DNA of 64,000 nucleotides from an uncultured delta proteobacterium (GTDB lineage Bacteria; Desulfobacterota; Binatia; UBA9968). The stretch spans positions 1 to 64,000 of the forward strand of contig CAWJZV010000009.1 of NCBI GenBank assembly GCA_963847445.1, given 5' to 3'. Position 1 is the first letter of the stretch; every line of letters begins with the position of its first letter. A program made the translations under genes and the position numbers. A model generated the notes under the pieces. It saw only the letters and a list, made by a program, of their open reading frames with translations, was not told the DNA's origin and did not search any database. Of the stretch, positions 30,785-40,576 are shown piece by piece.

Positions 30785-31774
30785 TCAGCCAAGATCGAAG
30801 TCGAGATCGAGAAAACCCGAGAGTCCCTCACCCGTCGCCGTCGCCGTCTGGACTTCCTGCATGACACCGGCGACATCGAGCGTCCCGACCATCATCAGGT
30901 GGATGGCATAGTAGCGCATGTTACGCACGGTGATCCATGACCAGCCGAGACCCAAGGTCAGAATGAAGAGAATCGCGTTGCCGAACCACAAACCGAACAC
31001 GCCGCCGCCGGTAACCGTCGAGCGCAAGCGCGCCGCCTGGAACGACGTATGGTCGGCGTAGTAGCGCTGCACCCGCGCCCAGTACCAAAGCCAGCAGAGA
31101 AAAAACGTTGGCAGGGTCAGGATCATATGCACAACAAAAGTCAAAAAGAGATCGCTGCCACGGCCGTCGAAAGCGAATTTCTGATTGCCGAAGAAAGAAT
31201 TCCCGACCATGAAAGTCTGCCGCCGGTTCTGCCAGAACGGATAATAAAATCCCAAACTCACCACCGTCAGCAACCAACCTTTGATATAGATCGCGATGAA
31301 GTCGCGCACGCCGCCGCGAAACGAAAACCGCACACCGCGCCAAGAGAGACGGCTCAACCGGTAGCGCCGGGCATTGACCATGGCGACGGGAATGAAGATA
31401 CCGACAACGATGTAAATAAGTATCTGCAAAACATCGAACAGATCAGACTCCATGCCGACGATGACCTGTAAGACCGCCAAGACGAACAGCGGTATACCAA
31501 AAAGCACCATCGCCTTGGCCCAGCCGATCATCAACTCCTGGCCGGTGCCGTGATAGGCGAAGCGATCGCCGGCAAATTCGGTCTGGCTCGCCAGGTAGCG
31601 GCGCACTTTGACCCGGCCCCAAAAAGAATAAATGCCGAGTGTAATCAAGCTCAAGAACAGATTGACGACCTGGATGCCGAATAGCGACCCGCCGCGGCCA
31701 TGAAAGTGAATCGGGTAGGTGGAATGTACCGCCGTATCTAATGTCTGAGTCGGAGTGTCCACGTCCGTTGCCAT
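30785..31774 (-). CDS. YjgN / DUF898 family membrane protein
   Basis: LSLITLGIYSFW, FAYHGTG, RGVRFSF; usual partner of M48 peptidase. Confidence 0.88.
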   Translation of the reverse strand: MATDVDTPTQTLDTAVHSTYPIHFHGRGGSLFGIQVVNLFLSLITLGIYSFWGRVKVRRYLASQTEFAGDRFAYHGTGQELMIGWAKAMVLFGIPLFVLAVLQVIVGMESDLFDVLQILIYIVVGIFIPVAMVNARRYRLSRLSWRGVRFSFRGGVRDFIAIYIKGWLLTVVSLGFYYPFWQNRRQTFMVGNSFFGNQKFAFDGRGSDLFLTFVVHMILTLPTFFLCWLWYWARVQRYYADHTSFQAARLRSTVTGGGVFGLWFGNAILFILTLGLGWSWITVRNMRYYAIHLMMVGTLDVAGVMQEVQTATATGEGLSGFLDLDFDLG

Positions 31775-32661
31775 TGTCCAGCTGCCTCTTCCGCCGCAGA
31801 GACCAACCGAGATGATACCCAATCCAGACTAGCGCGGGCGATCAGGGTACGGCCGGCGTTGGCCCAGTCTTTCGCCGCCAAACTTTGCTCGACCGCCGAT
31901 GGCCAATCGCCCAGCGCTTCGTAGCGCGCCGCAAAAGCGACATGCAAACCAACTTTACTCTCGGCACCCTCAGTCTCGAGCAATCTTTCGCTCAGGAACT
32001 CGCGAAAGAAACCGTGCAGTTCATAGTCATCATTATTGGCCCGACGGATGAGCGGCAACTGGCTCGCTTCCAGTGCCGCGAGATAGCTGCCCGCCGCGTC
32101 AGTTTGGAGCAGCGCGCCGACCGCGCGCGGATCGAGGGTGGTTAATAGCGCCGCATGCCGATAGAACTGCTGCACTGCCGGCGGCTGTTTGCGGTAAAAT
32201 TCGTCCGCCAGGGAATCGAAAGCATGCCGTCCCTGAGAATATTGCCGGTCCATCTCCGAGAGCCGCTGGCTCAGCACCGCACAGAAGTGCAGCAGCCAGG
32301 TGGCATGCTTGGCGATCAAATCGTCCCAGGACTCACGGCTGAGTTTCCATAGCAGACAATCTTTTACCGCGATCATGGTCGCCGAACGAGGCGCCGACGA
32401 GAGCAAAGCCATCTCGCCAAAATACTCCTGGGGCCCGAGCACGGCGATGGTTTCCGACCGGCCGCCGCCACTGTCCACTCGAACATCTACCGCGCCGGAT
32501 TGAATCAGATAGAGCGCATCACCCTGGTCGCCTTGGGAAAATATTTTATGGCCGGCGGCACACTCCACTTCGACCAGATAACCCATGATCTTAGCGATGT
32601 CTTCACGCGACAGCCCGGAGAACAGCGGGATGTTTCTAATGGTATCGGCTAAATCGGCCAT
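31738..32661 (-). CDS. cyclic-nucleotide-binding protein with MalT-like helical C-terminus
   Basis: IPLFSGL, QGDQGDALYLI, FGEMALL, PRSAT; C-terminal YELHGFFREFL...LH...A. Confidence 0.75.
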   Translation of the reverse strand: MADLADTIRNIPLFSGLSREDIAKIMGYLVEVECAAGHKIFSQGDQGDALYLIQSGAVDVRVDSGGGRSETIAVLGPQEYFGEMALLSSAPRSATMIAVKDCLLWKLSRESWDDLIAKHATWLLHFCAVLSQRLSEMDRQYSQGRHAFDSLADEFYRKQPPAVQQFYRHAALLTTLDPRAVGALLQTDAAGSYLAALEASQLPLIRRANNDDYELHGFFREFLSERLLETEGAESKVGLHVAFAARYEALGDWPSAVEQSLAAKDWANAGRTLIARASLDWVSSRLVSAAEEAAGQWQRTWTLRLRH

Positions 32662-32843
32662 CGCTAGTTTGCTGGTGGAATTCTCCTGGTCAGAAGTTGT
32701 TACTCTAGCGCAAAGGCAGCCCGATTCATAAACTTTCCCACAGAAACGCGCAACCGGCTCTCTCACAGGCGTGGCGACTGCCAATCCAGCGTGGCAATCG
32801 CCGGATTGAACTCATCCGTGCCGACCTCTAGGATAGGGTTGAC

Positions 32844-34004
32844 ATGAAGAGTGAGCCGTTTTCTCTCTACATTCATATACCGTACTGCCTCAGCAAGTGT
32901 CCGTACTGCGACTTCAATTCCCACGTCGTCGCGCAGATCCCGGAGACCGGTTATACCGACGCGCTGCTACGGGAACTGGAACTTTATGGCGAGGAAAGCG
33001 GCTGGCGCGGCCGAACCTTACAGAGCATCTTCTTCGGCGGCGGCACGCCGTCGACATTCAAACCGACCAGCATCGGCAAACTTCTGGCCTGGGTCGCCGC
33101 GACTTTTCCCATCGCCAACGACTGCGAAATCACCATGGAGGCGAATCCTGGAACCGTCGACGCCGCTCATTTCGCCGGCTACCGCGACGCCGGGGTCAAT
33201 CGCATCAGCGTCGGCGTGCAGTCGTTTCAAGCGAAACTGTTAAAGTTCTTGGGCCGCGTCCATTCGGCTGACGAAGCCGAGAAGGCTTTGAACATCGTCA
33301 AACAGTCCGGCTTTGACAATTTCAGTTTCGATCTGATTTACGCCAATCCTGGGCAAACCCTGGCCGATCTCGACGCCGATCTCGACACTGCTCTGGAATT
33401 TAATCCGCCGCACCTGTCGGCCTACAATCTCACTTTCGAAGAGGGCACGCCTTTCCATCATGAATACCGCGCCGGCAGAATGGCTAATCTGGACGAAGAT
33501 GTAGAGATCGCCATGGCCGAGCTGATCGATGCAAAACTCGGCGCCGCCGGCTTGAAACGCTACGAGATTTCCAACTATGCACGTCCGTGGTTTCACTCGC
33601 GCCATAATGTGAACTATTGGCATAGCGGCGATTATCTCGGCCTCGGCGCCGGCGCCCACAGCTATCGCCGCAATGACGACGGTGTCACCGGACGACGCTG
33701 GAACAATGAGAAAAGCCCGGCCAAATACATGACTCAGATCGACGACACCCGCCAAGCCGTCGTCGAACGGGAGTCCATCGACGCTCACAAAGCGGCGGCC
33801 GAGTTCATGTTCCTGGGTTTGCGTATGACCGAAGGCATCCGCGCCGACATTTTCCGTCAACGTTTCGGCCAAACAGCGCAGCAGTTTTATCCGCAGATCG
33901 ATACCTGGATCGAAGGCGACCTCATGGTAGAGCAAGGCGAATTTCTCCGTTTCACCGCCAAAGGGCTCATGCTCGCTAACTCGATCTTCGTGCATTTCAT
34001 GTAG
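32844..34004 (+). CDS. hemW: radical SAM heme chaperone HemW
   Basis: YIHIPYCLSKCPYCDFNS, GGGTPS, YEISNY, HNVNYW. Confidence 0.93.
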   Translation: MKSEPFSLYIHIPYCLSKCPYCDFNSHVVAQIPETGYTDALLRELELYGEESGWRGRTLQSIFFGGGTPSTFKPTSIGKLLAWVAATFPIANDCEITMEANPGTVDAAHFAGYRDAGVNRISVGVQSFQAKLLKFLGRVHSADEAEKALNIVKQSGFDNFSFDLIYANPGQTLADLDADLDTALEFNPPHLSAYNLTFEEGTPFHHEYRAGRMANLDEDVEIAMAELIDAKLGAAGLKRYEISNYARPWFHSRHNVNYWHSGDYLGLGAGAHSYRRNDDGVTGRRWNNEKSPAKYMTQIDDTRQAVVERESIDAHKAAAEFMFLGLRMTEGIRADIFRQRFGQTAQQFYPQIDTWIEGDLMVEQGEFLRFTAKGLMLANSIFVHFM

Positions 34005-34024
34005 GGGCGACCGGCGGTCGCCCT
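34001..34024 (+). repeat. GTAG-type REP palindrome overlapping the hemW stop codon
   Basis: GTAG-GGGCGACC-GGC-GGTCGCCC. Confidence 0.75.
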
Positions 34025-34056
34025 TAACGACAGATTATTTCGCTCTGGAGGATACG

Positions 34057-35232
34057 ATGGTACCGCTAACCTTAACAATCTGCGCATCGACCATATCGGC
34101 AGCTTAGTGCGCCCAACGCAGCTCAAAGAGGTCTTTGCCCGCTTCGACCGCGGCCAAGCTAGCAAAGAAGAATTGAGCCGATCTCAGGACGAAGCGATTC
34201 GCGACGTTATTGCGCAGCAGGAAAGTCACGGCTATCCCATAGTCACCGACGGCGAATTTCGCCGTCATAGTTTTCAAGAAAGTTTTTCCGAATGCGTCAC
34301 CGGCTTCGACGTGCCGAAGAATATCGGCCTCTACTACGAGAAACGCGACTTGAACGAAACCCCGCTTGAGCGCGCCGAGCAAAACTTTGAAGAGGCCGGC
34401 CCGGCGATCATCACCCGGCGTGGCGCCGCGGAACGCTTGAAGGTCGTGCGCAACCTGCCGCTGGAAGAGTACCGCTATGCCCAAAGCGTCGCGAAAGTGC
34501 CGGCCAAAATCACGATCCTCGGCCCCGATCGCATCGCCCAGCGCTTCAAATGGGAAGCGTCGTTGAATGTCTACCAAGGCCTCGACGACTTCGTCGAGCA
34601 TATCGTTGCCATCGAACGGCAGATGATCGCCGAGCTCGTGAAAGCCGGCTGCAAGTACATCCAGATCGACGCCCCCGGCTACACCGCCTACGTCGACAAA
34701 GTATCATTGGACAGAATGCGCTCCCGCGGTGAAGATCCCGAAAGAAACTTCCAACGCTCCATCGACGCCGACAACGCGCTGATCGAAGGTTTTCCCGGCG
34801 TGACTTTCGGAATACATATCTGCCGCGGTAACGCCCGCACCATCGATCCGCAAACCGGCAAGCTCGTGCCGCAGTGGCATCGCGAAGGCAGCTACGACGC
34901 CATCGCCGAGAAACTCTTCAACACGCTCAAACATCAAAGACTGCTTTTGGAATACGACAGCGACCGCGCCGGCGGCTTCGAACCGCTTCGCCTGGTGCCG
35001 AAAGACAAAATCGTTGTGTTGGGCTTAGTGTCGACGAAAAATTCCGACATGGAAACCGTCGACGACCTGAAACGCCGCATCGATCAAGCGAGCAAATATC
35101 TGCCCATCGACCAACTCGCCTTGAGCCCCCAGTGCGGCTTCGGCGGTATCGACTCGAAAGTGCTTAGCGAAGCGGAAATGTGGCGGAAGCTCGATACGAT
35201 CGTCGAGACGGCACAACCAAGTGTGGAATTGA
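34057..35232 (+). CDS. cobalamin-independent methionine synthase II-like protein (indels near both ends)
   Basis: GGAGG-ATG at 34057, DHIGSLVRP after a 1-nt shift; TDGEFRR, HICRGN, LEYD, LSPQCGF; a QVWN* ending lies in a shifted frame. Confidence 0.85.
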
Positions 35233-35257
35233 CCGAGACTAACAATACTCTATGACG

Positions 35258-35539
35258 CTAACTGTCTGGCCTGACGCTACTCAGCCACTCTTCGTGCACA
35301 TCGACCCAGATCGAATCTTGATCGTGGCAGGTCGACACTTCGCTTAAGTCGAATTTGACGGTGTAGAGCGGTTTGTGAATGCCGCGGTGATCGCGGATGT
35401 TTTCCAAAACACCGTGGACTAGGCCGATGACGCCGCGCTTGCCGCGAATGTAACGTGGCGTGCGCGGATTGCCAGCCGGGTTATCGTTGGCGACCATGAC
35501 GGCGTCGCCGATATTGTATTTGCTCGTCGTGTCGTTCAT
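35258..35539 (-). CDS. stand-alone nitrile hydratase beta C-terminal SH3-like domain protein
   Basis: YNIGDAV, RTPRYIRGKRG, LYTVKF, VDVHEEWL. Confidence 0.82.
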   Translation of the reverse strand: MNDTTSKYNIGDAVMVANDNPAGNPRTPRYIRGKRGVIGLVHGVLENIRDHRGIHKPLYTVKFDLSEVSTCHDQDSIWVDVHEEWLSSVRPDS

Positions 35540-35548
35540 AGAATTGTC

Positions 35549-36622
35549 TCAATCAGGCCGCACGCGCGGCATCTCCGGCTCGACGTGGGCTGCTTCTCGC
35601 TCGCGCAACTGCGACGGCTCCAGTGCGTAGCCGGCGCCGATCAAACTATCGACCGTGACGAGCTTGGCCAATTCTGCTTCCGACATGCCATCGCTGCCGG
35701 CGGGGCGTTGCGGCAAGACAAAGTAGCGCACGTCTGAGGTGCTATCCCAAACCCGCAGTTCTTTATCGCTGGGAAACTCTAGCTGAAACATGTCCTTCAT
35801 GCAGGCGCGCGGGTTCTGCACGATGTTGGTGCGGTAGCTTTCGTGCTTGTACCACCACGGAGTGTCGCCGAGGATGTCGTAGGGATAACAGGAACATAAC
35901 GTGCAGACGACGACGTTGTGCGTTTTTTCGGTATTTTCGACAACCACCAATTTGCCGACCTTGCCCTGATGCACGCCCATTTCTCTGAGCGCCTCGCGGC
36001 CGGTATCGAGCAAGGCCTTTTTGAACTCCGCGTCGGTCCACGCCTTGGCGACGATCACGCCGCCGGCCCAGGGCCGTTCTTCGTGTAATTGCTTCCAGCG
36101 CTGTGCCAAATCTTCCCGCGTCGCCCAGCCGCGCTGGATCAAGGCTTGGACGAATACTTCCAGCAACTCCTGGTAGTCGTTTAGATCTTGTTCCACGCTC
36201 ACCATGCGCTCTTCGAGGGTGCCATGGTGTTCCTTCTTTTTGATCTTAAAAAAATCGTCATAGTCGCCGCGCTCCTTGCGGTTGTCCTCGGTGACCATAT
36301 CCATGCCTTCGACGGTGCGCGCTGAAACCAAGGCGATGCCTTTGACATACTCATCGAGCCATTCTTCCAAATAGCGCACCCGCGCTTCGACGTTTTTCCC
36401 CTGGGGCTTGCCGATCTTGAAGAAATGATCTTTCTTCTTGAGCGTCGAGCGCACCTTAAGCAAATCGTAAAACGTCACGACGTTACGCCGCAGTAGATAG
36501 AAAATCCGCGGCTCGAAGCGTTTGGCACGGTAATATTCCAGGTCTTCTTCGACGGCTTTAACATGCGCCAGGTAATCGTGCATATGGCCTTCGAACGGCT
36601 TGTGCCCATGTTTTCCTGACAT
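35549..36622 (-). CDS. nitrile hydratase alpha / thiocyanate hydrolase gamma family protein with long N-terminal extension
   Basis: VAKAWTDAEFK, HNVVVCTLCSCYP (Co-type motif), RVWDSTSDVRYFVLPQRPAG. Confidence 0.9.
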   Translation of the reverse strand: MSGKHGHKPFEGHMHDYLAHVKAVEEDLEYYRAKRFEPRIFYLLRRNVVTFYDLLKVRSTLKKKDHFFKIGKPQGKNVEARVRYLEEWLDEYVKGIALVSARTVEGMDMVTEDNRKERGDYDDFFKIKKKEHHGTLEERMVSVEQDLNDYQELLEVFVQALIQRGWATREDLAQRWKQLHEERPWAGGVIVAKAWTDAEFKKALLDTGREALREMGVHQGKVGKLVVVENTEKTHNVVVCTLCSCYPYDILGDTPWWYKHESYRTNIVQNPRACMKDMFQLEFPSDKELRVWDSTSDVRYFVLPQRPAGSDGMSEAELAKLVTVDSLIGAGYALEPSQLREREAAHVEPEMPRVRPD

Positions 36623-36648
36623 CGAATATTCCTCCGAGTCTCGGCCCT

Positions 36649-38364
36649 TTAGTGGCTATCGAAAATCTCTTGGTATTGTTTTAACTTCGCTTTGGCGGCA
36701 TCGGTTTCCGCCTGAGTCGGTTGGGCTGGATCGGCCGCCGGCGGCAAGCAACCGAACTTCATCAAACAAGCCATCAATAGCAGCCGTGCCTTGGTCGCGG
36801 TCAAATTACTGCCGGCAATCGCCAGCGGATCGCGCGTGGCATCGACAAAACCGCCTGCATTGCCGCGGCCGACTTTGACCACCGGCATGCCGCTGAAGGT
36901 CGCGCGCTTTAACGCCGCATCCACCGAATTGCTCATGGCGCCAAAGGGCGCCGAGCCCTCGGCCACAAAGCCGGCGAGTGGCGCCATGCGCAGATTGTTT
37001 TCAATGCGCGCGAGAATATCGACTTCGCTGCTCGCGTTCCCCGAAGTGTCCTCAGGCAGATAACGCGCATGCTTGACTATCGTCACCTTGGGAATCGCCG
37101 CCGCCAGCAAATCACCTGTGGTCTCCTTGATTGGCACCGCGATGATGCCGATCGTTGAACCTTGAACCCTTGAACCTTGAACATCCTTTGGCATTTGGCG
37201 CAGGTTCACCAGCGAGTGATGCGTATGCCGCTTGATCGGTTTGAAAGAAAACTGCGGCGCGCCGGGATGGCCCATTCTGCCGATGATGCCGCCATGACCG
37301 CCCGTGGCAATATAACCGCCGGGGCGAGCATCGGCTTTTTGCACATCGCGCGCGGTAAAAATCTGCTCGTCGAGGATCGCCACCGCGCCGATACAGTCGC
37401 GGCCGTTGTCGTCGGCCCAAATTTTCGACGTTATATAATCCACCGAATCGACGATGTTGCGGTCGCCGTCGTTGCCGATGGCGCCATGGGGACGCTGCGA
37501 GGAATTACCGACAATCGGCACCGTCGTGTCGATCAACAGATTGAGCCAGTAGGTGGTCTCCTCGACGAAGGGACTGCCTTCAAGCCAAATCCCGCCGGCA
37601 TACCTGCCGCTGCCTAAAGCTTGCTGCACGACATTGGTCAACCGTGCCAGCGCCGCCATGGGCGGCTCTTTGCGCAGATAACCGGGGCGGTAGGGAAAGA
37701 AATCGTTGCCACGAATCTCGGCAGGAATGTCGCCGGTGCCGACATCGGTACGTTCGCTCTCACGCCGCCCGGACACGTAACCACCTGACGGCAAGGCGCG
37801 GTAAAAGTCGAAGTCCGCTTTCCCCGTCAGCAGGCAACCCACACCTTCGTCTGAGATTCCTAATCGGTCGATCTCTTCGAACAAGCGCGCGCCATCGGGA
37901 AAGAACGGCACGCGAACCCGATCGGCTGGAATATTTTTCTCCGTGCCGTCCATCTCCCATGGCTGTCCGTTAGCTTGGCGCGCCATGTAGGGGAGCGGAT
38001 AGAGGCCGTCTTCAGGTTTGAGCGTAATCTCGTAAACCGGTTTGTCGTCGGCGCCGGTGCGTTGTTTGTGAAAGATACCCGCCGCGTCGAGATAACCGTC
38101 CGGTGGCGCGTAAAGCTCGGCGTGATCGCGCTCGAGCGGGTGGGCGCTGAATTGCTCGACATAAACGGTCACCGGCGCCGCCAAGCGTTGCGCGCGCAGC
38201 ACGTCGAAACGCATCGGCGAGCCGTCTTTGTGGGTGCGAACAGGTAGGCCGTACTTTTCGCGCGCCTTGTTGCTGGTTACCAACGGCTCACTGTTTTGAA
38301 TCGTCGCCGTCGGTCCGGAAAAAACCGCGATACGCGGTTTCGCCTCGCTGCCTGTGTCAGCCAT
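36649..38364 (-). CDS. divergent asparaginase/glutaminase-fold protein with large insertion
   Basis: IAVFSGPTATI, LEGSPFVEETTYWL, PIVGNSSQRP, DGDRNI, ARDVQK, NLTATKARLLL. Confidence 0.75.
   Translation of the reverse strand: MADTGSEAKPRIAVFSGPTATIQNSEPLVTSNKAREKYGLPVRTHKDGSPMRFDVLRAQRLAAPVTVYVEQFSAHPLERDHAELYAPPDGYLDAAGIFHKQRTGADDKPVYEITLKPEDGLYPLPYMARQANGQPWEMDGTEKNIPADRVRVPFFPDGARLFEEIDRLGISDEGVGCLLTGKADFDFYRALPSGGYVSGRRESERTDVGTGDIPAEIRGNDFFPYRPGYLRKEPPMAALARLTNVVQQALGSGRYAGGIWLEGSPFVEETTYWLNLLIDTTVPIVGNSSQRPHGAIGNDGDRNIVDSVDYITSKIWADDNGRDCIGAVAILDEQIFTARDVQKADARPGGYIATGGHGGIIGRMGHPGAPQFSFKPIKRHTHHSLVNLRQMPKDVQGSRVQGSTIGIIAVPIKETTGDLLAAAIPKVTIVKHARYLPEDTSGNASSEVDILARIENNLRMAPLAGFVAEGSAPFGAMSNSVDAALKRATFSGMPVVKVGRGNAGGFVDATRDPLAIAGSNLTATKARLLLMACLMKFGCLPPAADPAQPTQAETDAAKAKLKQYQEIFDSH
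37153..37182 (-). repeat. in-frame GTTCAAG x4 tandem repeat inside a CDS
   Basis: GTTCAAG-GTTCAAG-G-GTTCAAG-GTTCAAC-G, 30 bp, encodes VQGSRVQGST. Confidence 0.75.
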
Positions 38365-38404
38365 TATGAACTCGCTGAGATAGAATGAGTAAAAGCAACG
38401 ATTC

Positions 38405-38983
38405 TCATTTAAGCGCAAACGGCAGCTGCTTAGGCCCGTAGCCCTGCCAATATTTGTTGGTCGCCGGGTCGTAGCGTCCCTGAAGGAAACCGCCGGCTTT
38501 TTCGGCGCGGACGATAATCGCTACCGTCCGCTCATCGCCGCTCTCCTCGGCGTGAATCGCATAGGGCGGCACCAGGTCGATCTTGCCCGCACTCACTTTG
38601 ACGTTGACCGATTTACGCACCTCGGCGTAGTCAGGCTTTGACTGGTCATCGACGCGTTCATAACGCTCAATGGATTCGGAACCATCGAGCACGCCGTATA
38701 GCGTCCAGTTATGCGCGTGGTCGTGGATCGCCGTGCGCGTGTGCGGCGCCTTGATCAAACCGTTGATGACGAATTTGTAGTCGGGATCCTCATAGAAAAG
38801 TAAGTTCTCAGCGCGCTCGCCGCCCTGAGAACAATCCGGCCAATGCTTCGACTGTTCCCTCACCGCCGGATCGGCGATCAGCTCCCCCAGGAGAGGGGTC
38901 ATCTTCTCCCAGCGTTTTGCCGGATCGATTTCTTCGGCGTGAAGCTGGCGTGCGGACGCGATAAACTTTTGTACTGCGGACAT
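38405..38983 (-). CDS. cysteine-dioxygenase-like cupin
   Basis: LLFYEDPD, TAIHDHAHNW, GSESIERY, PYAIH. Confidence 0.75.
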   Translation of the reverse strand: MSAVQKFIASARQLHAEEIDPAKRWEKMTPLLGELIADPAVREQSKHWPDCSQGGERAENLLFYEDPDYKFVINGLIKAPHTRTAIHDHAHNWTLYGVLDGSESIERYERVDDQSKPDYAEVRKSVNVKVSAGKIDLVPPYAIHAEESGDERTVAIIVRAEKAGGFLQGRYDPATNKYWQGYGPKQLPFALK

Positions 38984-39068
38984 CGGTTCCTCCTTCAGCA
39001 TAATGCCTATTTTTGTGAACTAGCGAATTATTAGTCCGATGAGATACTACTCGTCAAGCCGGACTGAA

Positions 39069-39100
39069 AGATTTCAAATTACAGATTCCAAATTCCAAAA
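39069..39100. repeat. degenerate 7-bp tandem repeat (ATTTCAG-type)
   Basis: ATTTCAA-ATTACAG-ATTCCAA-ATTCCAA. Confidence 0.55.
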
Positions 39101-39101
39101 T

Positions 39102-39141
39102 AAAAAAGGCTCCGACAGCGATCACGCCAGCGGAGCCTTTT
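39102..39141 (-). terminator. intrinsic terminator after ahcY (possibly bidirectional)
   Basis: AAAAAAGGCTCCG...CGGAGCCTTTT. Confidence 0.8.
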
Positions 39142-39162
39142 GAAGGGGTTAGCAAATCGAAC

Positions 39163-40449
<1,287 letters not shown>

Positions 40450-40495
40450 TCAGTTTGTCGTAATAAAGGTTTGCTAATCAATTGGTGGCAAAACA

Positions 40496-40518
40496 CAGGG
40501 TGCGCGACGCGCACCCTG
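40496..40518. repeat. REP-like palindrome between metK and ahcY
   Basis: CAGGGTGCGCG-A-CGCGCACCCTG perfect inverted repeat. Confidence 0.7.
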
Positions 40519-40576
40519 CTTGCTTATTGTCGTCTTGAGTATGAAAAATGACCGGCTGCCGCCCAGCGAACGATCG

